Source: Selaginella moellendorffii (lineage: Eukaryota; Plantae; Lycopodiophyta). Taken from it: a stretch of 64,000 nt of DNA. The stretch spans positions 1,564,851 through 1,628,850 of the forward strand of contig NW_003314274.1 of the NCBI RefSeq assembly GCF_000143415.4, in the 5' to 3' direction. Of the stretch, positions 1 through 14,369 are shown piece after piece. The first letter of the stretch is position 1, and the number at the start of each line of letters is the position of its first letter. The translations under genes and the position numbers were made by a program. Below the pieces are notes generated by a model that made no database searches, was not told where the DNA came from, and worked only from the letters and a program-made list of their open reading frames with translations.

Positions 1-440
1 AAGGGTGGTTAGAGCAAGTGCATGTACAAGTCCGACAAGATCTTGACAAAGTGCTAGCCACAAAATTCCTAGCTTGATCTGCTCTAACATATTTGGCTTT
101 GCACGGAGCAAGAGGCTTCAGAAATGAACACCAAATTGCATCATTGACTCAGATGGCCCTTGACAAAGACAATGCAATTGCTGGAAGGCACAATCACAAT
201 CGTTGGCATATCCGAATGTGCATTTGAAGACGTTCAGGAGAACATTCCAACTGCACTCAAACCATTGTACCACTACAGTGCCATCCTTTCGAAACACGTG
301 GGAAACTCACTCAAATGTCAAACATCATCCCAAGAATGAGAGGTGGCAATCACCATGAAATGTGATCAAACCAATAATACACATCATCCTTAGGATTCCC
401 ACAAAAGAACTCTGGCTGAATGCAAGGATGGCACCAAGAG
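1..440 (-). pseudogene. Decayed retrotransposon Gag remnant
   Basis: Minus-strand reading with stops gives 'IQPEFFCGNPKDDVYYWFDH...SWDDV*HLSEFPTCFERMAL*WYNGL...LHCLCQGPSESMMQF', which resembles the Retrotrans_gag pattern (F.G....W...W.D...A..WY..L...L.QG..ES). Confidence 0.5.
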
Positions 441-1339
441 AAAGAGGAGTTGTACCATGTGACATGAATGCCACTATCAACTGAGTTTGATTGTTCAATT
501 GCAATTGCATGGGATCAAGCAATTGCACCAACTATTGCTCTAGAGTCAGAAGAGGATATTGCTGCTCTGCCATGAAGATGAATAAAAAAGAAAAAGCAAA
601 AGAAGGGAAATGAGGAAAAACTAGAAGGAAAGAAAGATTTAGACAATGGAAAAGCTAAATTTAAACCAAAATCTTGAAAGAAAAGAATAAAAGAAAGGAA
701 ATGGAAAAAACTAGATCTAGACGATGCAAAAGTTAAATCTAAACCAAAATCCCAAATTCAAGCACTCCTCAGGGACAATGAAATATGCCCTTCAACTCCA
801 TCAATATGAGTTTAGAATATGGAAAGGGAATATAGAAAATGTGCATATTAATTAACCCAAAAACCCTAGCTTATATACAGGAGTGAATGGTTTGGATTGA
901 AATTAATCTGACGGCTACCAAAATCCCACTACATTAATATTAATATATGGCATCGTAGTTGTACACTTGGACCTCACAATACTAATTTTTTCAATTTTGA
1001 AGACTTTTCATGCCAAAATTTATGTTCAATTTGTACAAAGTTAGCCAAGAACCCTTCTTGACTCTTCTCTAGATGCACCAACTTCATATGCATCTTGCTT
1101 GAACTTCAATAAAAGCTATAAACAAAAACAATAAAAAATGACATTATATCTAAATTTTATCCTATAATCATGTGTTATCCAAATCTCATTTTATGATCAC
1201 TAAATCTACCAATCTTTCCATTATAAAATCTCATCCTATCATTATATGCATTATCCAAATTTCATTCTATGATCACTAAATTTACTAATTCTTCCATTGT
1301 GTAAATCAATTATTTGATGTGAAGTAACTAGTTCTACAA

Positions 1340-1720
1340 GGGATATTTTTGTTTGTGGATGGATGTTCAATATATAATTTTAAATTTAGGGGTAGAAATA
1401 TACATACTCAAGGCTATATTATATTTTAATGGCTACCTTTTTCCATGGATGGATGCTTAATATATAATTTAAGATTTAGGGGTAGAAATATGCCTACTCA
1501 AGGTTATATTATATTTTAATGGCTATATTTGTAGATGAATGCTCAATATATAATTTCAAATTTAGGGGTAGAAATATGCCTAATCAAGGGCATATTATAT
1601 TTTAATTAGCCATTAATCAATTTGGATGCTCAATACATATGATTTCAAATTTAGGGGTGGGAATGGATGTTCAATACATATGATTTAAAACTTAAAGGTA
1701 GAAATTTACCTTACTCAAAA
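1340..1720 (+). repeat. Degenerate tandem array of ~85-90 bp unit (4-5 copies), probably LTR-internal
   Basis: Recurrent 'ggatg(t/c)tcaatatataattt..aaatttaggggtagaaatat.c.tactcaagg.tatattatattttaatggcta'. A reverse-complement copy occurs at ~33600-33680. Confidence 0.8.
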
Positions 1721-2899
1721 TAACCATTAATCATTGGGAATCAAACTCATGCCATTGCTCTTGTAACACACTATATTTCTCTCCCCTTAACCCAACTAAA
1801 AAAGGATTAATTAATTGATGAAAAAGCTTTTAATGGTTATTTTATCCTTATTTATCCCTCAAGGTTTTAAGGATCCATGACAATATATCCAAATCTTATC
1901 CCATGACTATATGCACTACAATTTTGTTTAAATAGGTTGCATATGTTTAGATTAACATATTTAAATGCCATATATATAAGATTTGTCTACTATAAATGGC
2001 AAAGGGGAATTTCTTGAATCAAGTCATTAGGGGTGCCCATTTGAGTGCTTTTAGTTTAATAAATTGTTTTTTTCTTTTTTATATAATAATTTCTTGGAAG
2101 CAATTTTCCACCACATTGTCAAGAAAATCTATAGCTCTTTTGGCTTCAAATTATTCATCAAATTCTCCATTATGCTAAATTGCCCACTTTCGAGGTTATG
2201 TTGGTGGTGGATTTGTGAGGAGTAAATTTAGTAGTAGTGGTGGTGGTGGCAATAATACTGGTGGTGGTGGTGGTGAAGGATATGCATTATAATTTGGTTC
2301 TAACACATTTTGGTCTTGTGTAGTATTAATTTGGTGGTAAGGGTAGTATGTACTGATTTGGTGGTATTAGATCCTCATCTAGTGGTGAGAGTGGTATATC
2401 CTGATTTGGTGATGGCAGCAATACATTCAAGTGTGTAAAAGATTGTTGTGGCAACATGCAAATATGATCTCCAAGAAGTAGTGTCTTTATTGATTTACCA
2501 ATGGACATGTCAATGATAAAATCCTTATTAGTGTTAAATTCATCTTCTTGTGCTCTTTTGGGTTTGATATCTTTTTTCGATGGTACTATTTACCTTTTGT
2601 ATTAAAAAAATAGTTAGTCAAACTAAACAAAGAAAATAAAAAATTCACAAAAGCAGAAAAAATAAACACTCACTTTATGGGGTTACCCAAGGTGGCAAAC
2701 TGGTTGTAACTTGATCATTGCAATAGAAGAGTTTCAAGTATAAGATCAGATAGTCTAGAAAGTCCCTTTATAACATTATACTAAAGTGGACTAGTAAGCT
2801 TATGAATTTCAGTATTTAATGGCAAATAGGGTTAAGACAAACTGAAATGGCATTTAAGCAATATTGGGATGATGAACCTTTAGAAGGTCATGAGAGGAC

Positions 2900-5170
2900 T
2901 TATGAATTTTACTAGGCTTAGAGCCTAAACTAACATTGCCACTTGATCAAGCTAGAATTCTAATCAACATTAAAGAGTTGTACAAGTAAATGTAAGTTGC
3001 ATCTTTTGAAGAAGAATATAAGGTAAAGGCAACAAAATTTAAATGTGGCATGATATAAACACAAATTGCATAACTCAACTTAAATCACAAATGAGTTGGT
3101 GGGAAATTAAGATGTTCTAATAGAGATATCACTCTTTTTAAGTTGGTTTCCTTATTTCTTCAAAGAGGCTGGGATGCTCACTAGTGAAGCAAGTTGCCTA
3201 GGGAAGAGAAAATTAGTTATGTCAAATGCAATAGACTCATTTATTATAAGTAGACGAAAATGTATTTTCCACAAGGGGAATTAAGAAAGGTAGCTTTAGA
3301 AGATTGTTATGTTAGACCTTTTGCAAGACACGGTGAAATACCCAAGATAATAAGCTTATTTATGAGAAAATATTACTAGCCAAATATAACTAAAGATGTT
3401 TAATACTATGTAAAAACATACTTAACATGTTAGTAGATGAAAGGTGTAACTAAAACCAATGGGGGCTTATTGCAAAGCTTTTCAATCCCAAATTGTCTAT
3501 GGAAATATCTTTCGATAGATTTTATCACAGAACTCCCTTCAACTAAAGGGTGTAGGCAACCAAAGAAAATAATTTGAGAAACAATCCATGGGATTTAAAA
3601 ATAAAGGGAAAGAGCCTATGAACAAAAGTGCACCTCTTTTTTCTAATTAGTTAAAGGTTTTAAGATGTTTGAGGTTAAATACCCTTAAGTTTGAGTAATA
3701 TTAAGCTAGGTAATCTCCTAGGAAATCCAAACTTATAAGCTATAAGAGAGGTCTCAAATTTGACTTTATTGGTTAGCTAGGAAAATCATATTATATGTTG
3801 AAATTAACATTGTTTTCAATTGGGCTTGAAGCTCTTAGCTTTCATACACCCCCTTTTCCAATCAATTAATGATCTTGGAATATTTGGGGCTTTTAGGACA
3901 GCTATAACTTTTAGCTTTCATGCACCCCTTTTTCCAATTAATTAAGGGTCTTGGGATATTTAAATTTAAGTGTATTTGAGTTTGAGTAGTATTAAGTTAG
4001 GTTATAATACTTATTATGGTGGATCAGTTTTCTAAAATGGCACATTTCATACCACCACAACAAAAGAGAGTGAGGCTTTTAGGTTAGCTGTGGCTCTCAA
4101 CTTCTATACACCTCTTTTCTAATTGATTAATGTCTTAGGATATTTGAAGTTACACATCCTTGAGTTTGACTAGTATTAGGTTGGGTGACCTTTCGGGAAG
4201 TCCAAACTCAAGAGTTTATAAGGTGTTTAGTAAGATATTTCTGGTGGTGGATTAGTTTTCTAAAATAACATATTTCATACTTACTATAATGAAAGTGAAT
4301 GTGGAAGTTGTGGCAAAGTTGTTTTTTGATTAAAATTAGTGTATCACCCACAAATGTATTAAGTTAAGTATTATAATAATAACACTTTTTGATAGATGAA
4401 CAAATGGACAAATGGAAAAGGTAAATAAGTAACTAAAAAATTATTTATGATGTTATATCTCTAGAGACAAAATAGATTGGATAAATCATTTGGGACTTAA
4501 AGAAATATACTATAATAATTCATCACATTTGAGTATCAAGGTGACTCTATGGGAAGTCATTAATGGGTGAGCCATTAAAAGTCTCATAAAATTTGGTATG
4601 GCTGAGTATTATAGAGAACTATCTATAGTGGAGGTATTTATGGTAAAAAGAATTAACATTTAGAATTTGGTGAGGGATTCTTTGGCACAAGTTCAACAAA
4701 GGCAAATTAAAACCACAAAGACATAAAGTTTCAACTTAGGGAAAAAGTGTGGCTAAACACTAAGAAACTAATATTACCAAGTGGGATTAGCCAAAAATTG
4801 ACCCAAAGCTAAAGTGTATGTATTTATGGAATGAAGTGCTTAAATTGGTAAGATGGCTTATTGTTTTTAACTTCCTTAAGAAATAGAGAAGATACATACT
4901 ATGTTCCACATGAACTTACTCAAATTATATTTTGAAGACTTCACTTCATAAAGACCAAATGGGACCCTTACTTGAGATTATATAAAGGGAGGAGGAATAT
5001 AAAGTTAAAGTCATCTTCAATACACACAAGAGTGAGCAACAAAAATGTGAGATGAAGAACTTCTATATGAAGTGGAAAAGATTTTCACTCTACAAGGCAA
5101 CATGTGAGCTAAAGAAGAATCTAACAAATGCATAAAAACTAGTGGAGGAATTTTTGCAAGATAGTGTTTT
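2900..5170 (+). mobile_element. Heavily decayed Ty3/gypsy pol (integrase and chromodomain-like remnants) interrupted by LTR-like inserts
   Basis: Fragments 'DFITELP' (~3519), 'VDQFSKMAHFIP' (~4019, partly repeated ~4245) and a chromodomain-like 'EEYKVKVIF...FYMKWKRF' (~4990-5100). Many stops, AT-rich, CpG-poor. Confidence 0.7.
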
Positions 5171-8100
5171 ATGTAGTCATATAAAGTTTAATTAAAGCAT
5201 CAATTTGATAAATTAATAAATGTCCCAAATTTGAAGGTAAGCTAAATTAATTAAATCCACCAAGCACCAACTCCCTAGGTGAGGTGAGGTGAGAGGTGTA
5301 GGAATAACTATATCTCATTGTTATGGGCTTCTAGCCAGGGAGGCTAACTTAAGATTGCTAAGTGGGGGGATGCCCTTGGGGCTATGGTAACAAGTCATAA
5401 GATTGAATAAGTACATTTGATATGGGCATTAAACTTCTTCTATAGGTGGTGGAGTTGTAAAGAACCAAGATGTCATAGCTTAACTTTCTATAATACCATG
5501 TTTTCAAATAGTAAACCCTTAAACTCATACTTCATCCTTCACTCTCAACCTACATAAATATCCTCAAGTATATCCCTTTATTCTTATGATTTAATTTTAT
5601 CCTTTTGTTATTTGCTCATAACTCCATACATTCTTTTCACTTATTTTTCTTTATGCTAAAAGGTTAATTTTGCACTATTACTTATGCTTTAGCAAGTATA
5701 TTTAGAGATATACCTACTCAATGACTTAAGGAGTACTTCTTTAATCTAGATATACTTAACTTATAATCCCACACACTAGGATTAATATTGCTATTCATAA
5801 ACCCATGTATACCCATTATTAGTTGTGCCAAAACCCTTTTGCATTATCCACTTTAGATATATAAATCATCTCTATCTTTTCAAAATATTGAACCCTAGAT
5901 AACATTTTTTATCCATTATTCTCTAAGGATGTAATCCTTTAGGCCTTATTTCATACTTTCACAATACTAAACACCACTTTTTATATATTTCAATGATGGA
6001 CTTTTAAGGCAATAAATATTTCATTTTACAACAATAATTTATTATATTCTTAATTAATATATCAAACCTTCTTCTTATCCCAATGGAAGTTTTAGCTTCC
6101 TCAACTTATATTTAGTTATGTTATAATTATTATGTTATATAACTCATTGTTAGTGCTTTATTCATATTTGGTCAAAACATTTTATTTTCATACCTTCGAA
6201 CTTAAGTTATAACAATCTTGTTTCTCTTGAGATTCTTTTAGCAAGGATTTTATGAACTAACTACCTTAACTTACTCAAGACATCTTAATAACTAATATTG
6301 GCTATAGCTCTTCACCATCATATTTAAACATAAGTTTGCAAAAGTTGTTTTCCTCCATAAACATTCTTTCATAACTTTGGCATAGCATTCTTAGCCACTA
6401 ATGAGATACTCACTATTCTCATATTTGAATCTTAATATCATTCTAGTCCTTGATTAAGCCCAATATATTTTAGTCCAAAACCTACTTCATCCACATCTTT
6501 AAAACTATATAACATATTATAAACTCTTAAATTTGGATTTTGAAAAAAGTTATATAACACAATACTGTTTAAACCTAAGGATGTTTAACCCTAAATATCC
6601 CAAACCCTTGACTAATTAGAAAAAAAGGTACATTTTTTGTATGGGCTCTTTTCTTATATATTTGAGTCATTTGTCAAATTGTTCTTTTTAGTTGCTTACA
6701 ATCCACTACACTTATTTGCAAGTTCATAATTTTATGAACAAAAGCTAAGAGCTATAGCTCTCTTAACACCCTACTTCTATGTTATGTTTAGATAAACTAA
6801 ATTAGACAGTGAAATGTCAATTCCCTTAACTAACCAATAGAGATCTAACTTAATACCTCTCATACCCAAGGACAATTAATTCCAAATATTCTAACACCCT
6901 TAATCAATTAGAAAAGTTATTTATAGTATACTGCCACTTATATTTTTTTATGTTTATATCAAGTAGTGATATACTTGACTGTTAATAAAAGTTCAATTAA
7001 GAAATAATTCTAATACAAAATTGTAAATGATTAGATTTTATATTCTACTTTAATCACTTAACCACACTTTTGACCATTTGAAAGAACAGCCTCTATAGGT
7101 CATCAACCCAACTTGGGGTACTTGTTCCCCCTAAAGGTGATCTCAAAGCCACACTAATTTCACATTTGATCCAAAATGTTCCATATGTTCAAGTTCTATT
7201 TTGGACACGTAAAAGCTACCACCAATATATTAGCCTCTTATGCTAAGATAATATCTATTTTCACTATTTTATTGGTAATCCAAAATCATATATGCCATAA
7301 TCCCATTATGAGACACAAATCCCTAAGGCCTAAAGTGGAGCCTAAAGTGCGCTATATGGTAGTGGCCTGATAAACTTACCTATTTTGGCACGTTGATAAG
7401 AAATCTCTAAAAAATATTTTTATTTATAAGCAGAAGCCTAACGAATATAACACATTTGGACTAAAAGCTCTAACTCAAAAAGTGGAACTCCCAAAGAAGT
7501 GCTTAAAGAACAAATATGAAACAATTAGGGAGTGAGTCTTGAAAAGGTGACAAAAGAATCACCAACACATGGCAAATATTGTGACATTTAAAAGTGTTGA
7601 AACTAAGCCCATTATTGAGTCTAAGATGAAATTCAAGATGATGTCTGAAATGGAATACAAAATGGAGTCTGAGAAGGAGTCCGAGACTAAGACCGAGACT
7701 GAGACCAAGACCAATTCCGAAATCAAATCCCATTTTTAGTCCCAATCCCAATTTGTGTCGAAGTCTAAATTTGAGTTTGTAGCGCACCTAAATTTGGAGT
7801 TGAACTCCAAATCTATTGCACTACAAAATGAGGGTTTAGTACAATTTCACGAGCACCAACTCCCTGTATCCAACACTTGCACACAAAATGGTGTCAGACA
7901 GTGTCTAACACAATTTTGACATATTGGTGGCCTAACGCAAGGAGGAGAGTACCCCATTGACTAGAGCAGCATGGAGTTTAGGCTTAGACCCTAGTCGAAT
8001 GTAGAACAAGAAGTGATGCAACCCAATAAAAGCCAAACTAATATCTTATATGGTTGAACATGCATTCTAACCACTATCCCTACTATACATTTGGAACCCC

Positions 8101-11100
8101 TATATCCCCTCCCCTTCCTTGAGGAACACACGTTTTGGGCTTTCACCCCAAGCCTCCCTTAGTATCAGGAGTTAATCTCTGAGATAAGCTCAAAACTTAT
8201 TAAATATGGAATGTCCTTAGATTGTGAATTTGGATACAGGTGAAACACTATTGTGTTTAGGACAATTTCTACATTCCATAGATACATCATATGAGCAAAT
8301 CTAGACACTTTCCATAGATAGCATTTGGGACTGAAATGAGACTAACACAAAGGATGTGATAGCAAGGGTGTTTGGCAAACATTGTAACAATATTGAAGGA
8401 CTAGACTCAATATCGAAAGGGTTCCTAATATTAGCAAGTGCAAGTCAACAAATGAGTTTCTTTAATTAGGTCTGACAAATAACAGTTAGGAATTCCGTCC
8501 TTATGCTCATTTGGTTAAGTGCACATGCGATGACCAATTTCTTAACTAGCTTGGATGGAGACCATAAAGGAACTAGTAGTATCGACCTCCTGCAATCGTG
8601 ATAGTAAGGAAAGAGTATTTGTAAAGACTGGCTGATAAGTATCTTTCGATATTCAAAGTCACATTCGCAATAAAGTTTGAGTTTAAGTTCGAATATAAAT
8701 CCAAAGGTAGAAGCCCAAAGCAATCATTTCCCAAACCCCTTAGGGTTTGGTAAGTCCCTATGGGATTATAGAGGTAAAACTCTAGAATCAATTTGTCTAG
8801 GAAGGCTAGTGTGATCAAGGAAGGTTACACTCAGTAATGATATAACCACTAAGGAGTCCAAAGTTATAGTGAATATAAATGAACAAATGGGGTAACTTAA
8901 TGAAGTGTTCTAGAGCTATTTATTTGGATACCTTACATAGCTCATTAGAATGTTACTTTAGCCATATGGCTGGGGCACCTTAGTTGTAAGAGGTGGGGGG
9001 AGTACCCACAAGGCCCACATTGGGCTATAATGTTTCAAAATATCATCCCAAAATCCTAAACTATGGAAAGAAAGAAAAGTGGTCCTCTTACTTATTGACC
9101 AAGGTTATGATGAAGAAATCCTAGAGGTTAGTGAGGCTTAATGGATGGGCCTTCGGGCCTAGATTGATGGTGGTGTTAATGAGTACTACCATGGATAGAG
9201 AGGGATTTAATGGAGACCAAATGAGGGATATCAAAGGATGGTATTTCCCATATCTTAGGGCATCCTAAAGATGCTAAGATGTAATCATAGAATGACCACT
9301 TATGGATGGATGGCTTAGTCTTGGAAAGACGAGATTGTATTGCAAGTGGTCTTGAACTACCAATGAAACAAGGGTAAATGGATATAACCTTATTGTAATA
9401 GACTGAGATATTAATGGTACTTTTGGATGTCGAAAATGATATTAAACGTGTAGAGCACTTAGACTAAATGTGAAGCTAATATAGTGTTGAGATCACATCT
9501 AGGGGTAAGTAAGTACCTTAAAGCAAATAAAGACTTACAGAGGTTATAAGTAAGACTCCTCCAAGAGGTCAAAGGTATAATTAAATGACTAAAGTAGAAT
9601 GGAAAATTTAATTACTTACACCCATCTCTCCATCTCTCCATAAGTGGTCATCCTATGACTAATCCCTCTTTGATCATAACAATATTCATCAACATTGCCA
9701 CTGAGATAGGGCCTAAAATTCTCTCCACTAAGTCCTATTAACATTTATAACTTCTTCATTATATAATAATACTCTTAATTACTAAACAAGAGGATTACTC
9801 GTCTTCCATTCCCCCAATAAGAACTTTGGGATGATATTTCAAAACATTATAGCCAACATAAACTTTATGAGTACTTTCTCCACTTTTTGCCATTAGGGTG
9901 CTTCAGCCATATAGCAAGAGTAAAGTTTCAATGAGCCATACAGTGTACCAAGTAAGTAGTGCCACCCAACCATTTGATCTCTTGATTTGAGGTGAATATT
10001 CAATAAGTCTTAGACTTGTCTAGTTTTGTACTCAATGTTTATATCATCACCCACCATATAAATATAGCATCCTTTAGTCACATTAGTTCCCGTAAAGTCT
10101 TCCCCCTTACTATCTTGCAAGGACTTATTAAAACTCTTATAGTCTCGGAGATGATTGCTTTGGGCTTTCACCCCATGACCTCAGCCTTAGACTTGATCTA
10201 AGACTTGATCTTAGACTCAACCTTGGACTCGATCTTAGTTTTAGACTTAGCCTCAACACTTTTATGTGTTATGATACTTACCATGTGTTAGTCATTTTTT
10301 TGTCCCACTTTATGAAATATATATATACATTCCCCAATGTTCTTATAGAGATTAATACAAAAATGGGGCCACCTACCCCTAAACCACACATTTATTTACC
10401 TTTGAGGTGTCCATGAGAAGCAATATTCAAGATTGTTGTTGTCTCATTGCATCTAAATCAATATTATCACCATATACTGTTGCTAGGATTATATTTAGAG
10501 GTCTCTATTTCCATGCAAATTGATCTCCATACCATAGTATAGAAGCCACTTGGTTAGCACATTTGATTTAGCCTGAGTTTGATCATTGCCAGCAATGGTC
10601 TCCACCAAGATGCCATTATTGCCAAAACCTAAGTTAGAGTTTGATCAAAATGGTTTTGATTTCTTGCCTCCTAGATTTCTTGGACTTTAATGGCTCTCTA
10701 TACCACCCATCAATCTTATTTGACCATTTCTCATAGACTTCTACTTCAGCTGTTGCCACATGATATATATTTGACTCCATTGTGGGATTTAAAGATTTAT
10801 GTCATACTATTTAGTTAAAGTGCTCCACATGTTTAAGTCCCACTTCAAACATCCAAAAGTACCACTAATTCACTTGCCTCTTATGCTAAGTCCATGTCCA
10901 TTCTTACTATCTCATTAGTAATCTAATACCACATATACCATAGATTTGTCTCTCCAAAACCAAACCATCAAATCCATAAGTGGTCTTCTTATGACCACTC
11001 CCTAACATCCTTAGAATGTTCAAATATATTATCCTTTAATTCCTATTAAGTCTTTCATTGATCATGGTAGTGTTTGCCAACACCACCATTGGGTTAGGAT

Positions 11101-13100
11101 CCAAAAGCCCATCAATTAAGTCCCACTAATCTTTGGGACTTCAGAGGAGTTAGAGTTAATTCTTAAGCACTTCACTAAGTCACCCCATTTATCCATCCAT
11201 AGTTAGTGTTCATATCATTACCCGCAACATAAGTATAGACTTCTTTTGTTATATTGGTTTCCATAAAGTCCTCCCTCACTATGCCATAAAAACTTATTAA
11301 AATCTAGGAAATGATCACTTTAGGCTTTCACTTAACCCCCTAGCCTTAAATATATCCGTCTTGGATATATCAGGACTCAAGCATATATAGCTTTTGATAT
11401 GTTTGACTTTAGACATTTGATTTTTCAGTGGGGTGAGATAGTTTTGATATTAGTCCACTTTAAGTCTTTAAGTTTTACAATTTTCATATGTCACAACACC
11501 TATCATATATTAGTTGTTCTTTTATCCCTTTTATAGACTTGTTTATCAATTACTTCATGCTTATCCTTTTAGTGTTTTTTTAGCTCTCAACTTTTCAAGT
11601 TAGAGCTTTTAGTCCATATATATTACACTTCTTAGATTTTCTTTCAGCCACTACTATATAGCATGCCTTTGGCTCCATTTTGAGACATAGGGATCTGTGA
11701 TTTAGAATTGGATGAAGAAGTAGAGTAAGCTGGTGGTAAAGATTATAAATATTGAAATCATTAAAGAGGTAATATAAGCATATTAATATACATGAATTAT
11801 TGGACATCTTGAGGTGGATGTTGATGATGCAAGTCATACAACAAGTCCTCAACCTAATTATTATTTAGGTGTAAAGATAATATATAGAAACCAATAAGAT
11901 CAAAGAATAGAAAGCATTTCATGCATTTAAAGATGTTATTTAAGTGTAAAAAGTGCAATGTAGAATCCTTTATTGCATCATTTATAAATTATATAAAAAT
12001 TGTGATGGCATATAGGTAAATCTAAAGAGACATTATGTTTAATCAATTTGACATTTAGTAAAGTCATTATAGACACTATAATATTAAGCTTCACATCTAC
12101 TAATAGAATTTTAATATATGCTCCCTTGGTTCTTTGAATAAAAACTTTACATTCGTTTTGGACTTCTTCGATTGCCTAGTCAAACCAGTTGCATATTGGA
12201 AGCATCAATTCAGTATGAGCAAGAAGTTTTATAGTTATATCAAAGTAGGGATATTTCTAATGATAAATATCACTAAGTGTTCATATCCACAATGACTCTA
12301 TGAGTGATTGTTTGTGGCAATGGCAACAATCGCTCAAAGTTATAGCATATTTTACTAGAGGAATGATGGAAAATTACTGAAATAAAAATAATATAATTAG
12401 TTTAGATCAAGTTATTTTAGAAGTTTATGTACCTCATAATGTATGAGAGTTGTTTGTGTGTTCAAGATAAATGCTATTTCCAAAACTTTGACAGTGCAAT
12501 TCTATGATTGAGTCTCCTTACCCTCTAAGTCATTTGTTATAACAATAGTCAAAAAGGAATTCTCTTGGAAAAAACATACAATTAGGCATAATAGTTTACA
12601 TTCTTTATATCAAGGAACTGTAAGCCTCAACAATTCTATCCTTGCTTGAGTGAATTTAATTTCTTCCTCACAGATAAAACAATTATAAGTAAATATAAAT
12701 TTAATTTGTACTAAATGTCTTAACTATGTCAACTTAATGTATAACTAAATGTCCACCTAGCTTAGGTCTTTCATACTATGAGTCTAAAGTCTTTTGATCT
12801 AGAAAAACAAATGAAAAATAAACTTTATATTCCAACTCAATATTTGGATGGAGAAAAACTTAATATTCACCATTTGCTATGACTACAGTTTTGGATCCAT
12901 CCATTACAAACACACATTTAACAAGCATACCAAAAGAGCATGAGTGGGATCCTACTAAAAAAGAAACCCTAAGCATTGATGAGTGACTAAGAAAATGAAA
13001 CTACACTATATAAATTAGCTTAAAAACATCTAGAGTTAATCACCCTGTGTGCCTTATTTTGGGCAGGAAAAATGAAAAATGAAAAACCCAGGAATGAGCA
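5170..13100. repeat. AT-rich decayed transposon-derived region with mutually inverted copies
   Basis: No credible ORFs. Inverted similarity between 3560-3700 and 6560-6700, 7260-7480 and 11590-11760, 8940-9060 and 9820-9940, and 9120-9470 and 10790-11140. Confidence 0.65.
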
Positions 13101-13149
13101 CAATAAAGATTGAAGCCATGAGGGGCATCAATTAAAAAGAATAGGATAT

Positions 13150-14200
13150 TTAGTTAATATCTAAACTGTCGTGGATTCAGTGGAAACCCATTCCTCTGCA
13201 GCATGGAATGGAAGAGAGTTCTGGCACTGGCCTCTCAAAAGCCATGATGATTGCGTTGAAAGCAGATATCTACAGGATTTAGTGAGTTGGACTCTATCAT
13301 TAAGGCGAGATAGCTCTGTTACTGTTTGCTGAGATAGAAGAGAATGGTGTCCAGCCAGACAAGCTGATCTTCGTTGCAGTTGCGGTGTTTATGGCTTGCG
13401 GCAGCATAGCAGTTGGGGAAGCAAAGTTGATGGAAGGATGGTTAAGGTGGCATGCTTGGAGAAATGAAAGGCTGTTCACTTCCGGCTTGCAAAGTTGAGT
13501 CCAGCGTGTTCGTGTGAAGCTCGCTGGCGGATCTGAATTATAGCAGCGTGGCAGATTCTCGAGACAGAATGAATTTCCTGGACCTTAATTATCTCCTGGA
13601 ATTGAGCCGGGAAGTTAAGCTTGCCACGAGAAAATGCCGCACAGCGGTATGCGGTTTCCTGGAATTCACTAGCATGCGGTTTCCTGGAATTCAATAGCAG
13701 GATTCGTGCAGGGTGGAAGATCGAGACAGCTTTAGACACATATCGACATATGCTGGACAAAGGCTTTGTCCCAGACTCTCGGACGTACGTCTCGGCTCTC
13801 GGCTCTCTTGGTGGCGAGCAAGCCAGACACTGAACGGACATCTCCCTCCTGGACAAGGCTATAGCAATTTAAAGCAGACAGGCTTCCATCTCGACACTTG
13901 CGTGGCCAGCACTCTCGAAGCTTACGTCCAGTGTGGAAGCATAGCCGAAGCACAGGACGTGTTCGACGGGACTGCACAGCGGTGACGTTGTCTCATGGAA
14001 TGCCATGGTTTGTGAGCGAGGAGCTATTCCAGCAAATGGAGGACCAAGTTTCGTCCCAGACGCTTGAACTTATGCCGCTGCACTGAACGTCTGCAGCAGT
14101 CTCGAGGCAGGAGGGAAGTTTTCCAGGGGAGTTTTGGTTCGAGAGATCCACGCGAGCTCGACGCCTTCGCAGCAAATACTTTGCTCGAAATGTTTGAGAG
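13150..14200 (+). pseudogene. PLS-class PPR gene relic
   Basis: Frame-broken PPR phrases ('GVQPDKLIFVAV', 'YRHMLDKGFVPDSRTYVSALGS', 'YVQCGSIAEAQDVFDG', 'DVVSWNAM') spread over different frames. Confidence 0.7.
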
Positions 14201-14369
14201 GATGCAAAGTCACGCCCACCAAAAGATCATATAGGATCTCGAGGTAGTCCTTTAGGTGGTGAAAAGCAAATCTACGTAATCATCCTTTACACAAACGATT
14301 CGATCAATGTAGGTTGATCGATGGTTAGATTCACGAAACACTGCAAGAAAAGACGTACGGCGGCATCCA

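Noticed and set aside
7503-7787. Leu/Gly-periodic 94-aa ORF
   Set aside because: Product of a 6-bp periodic repeat within TE debris.
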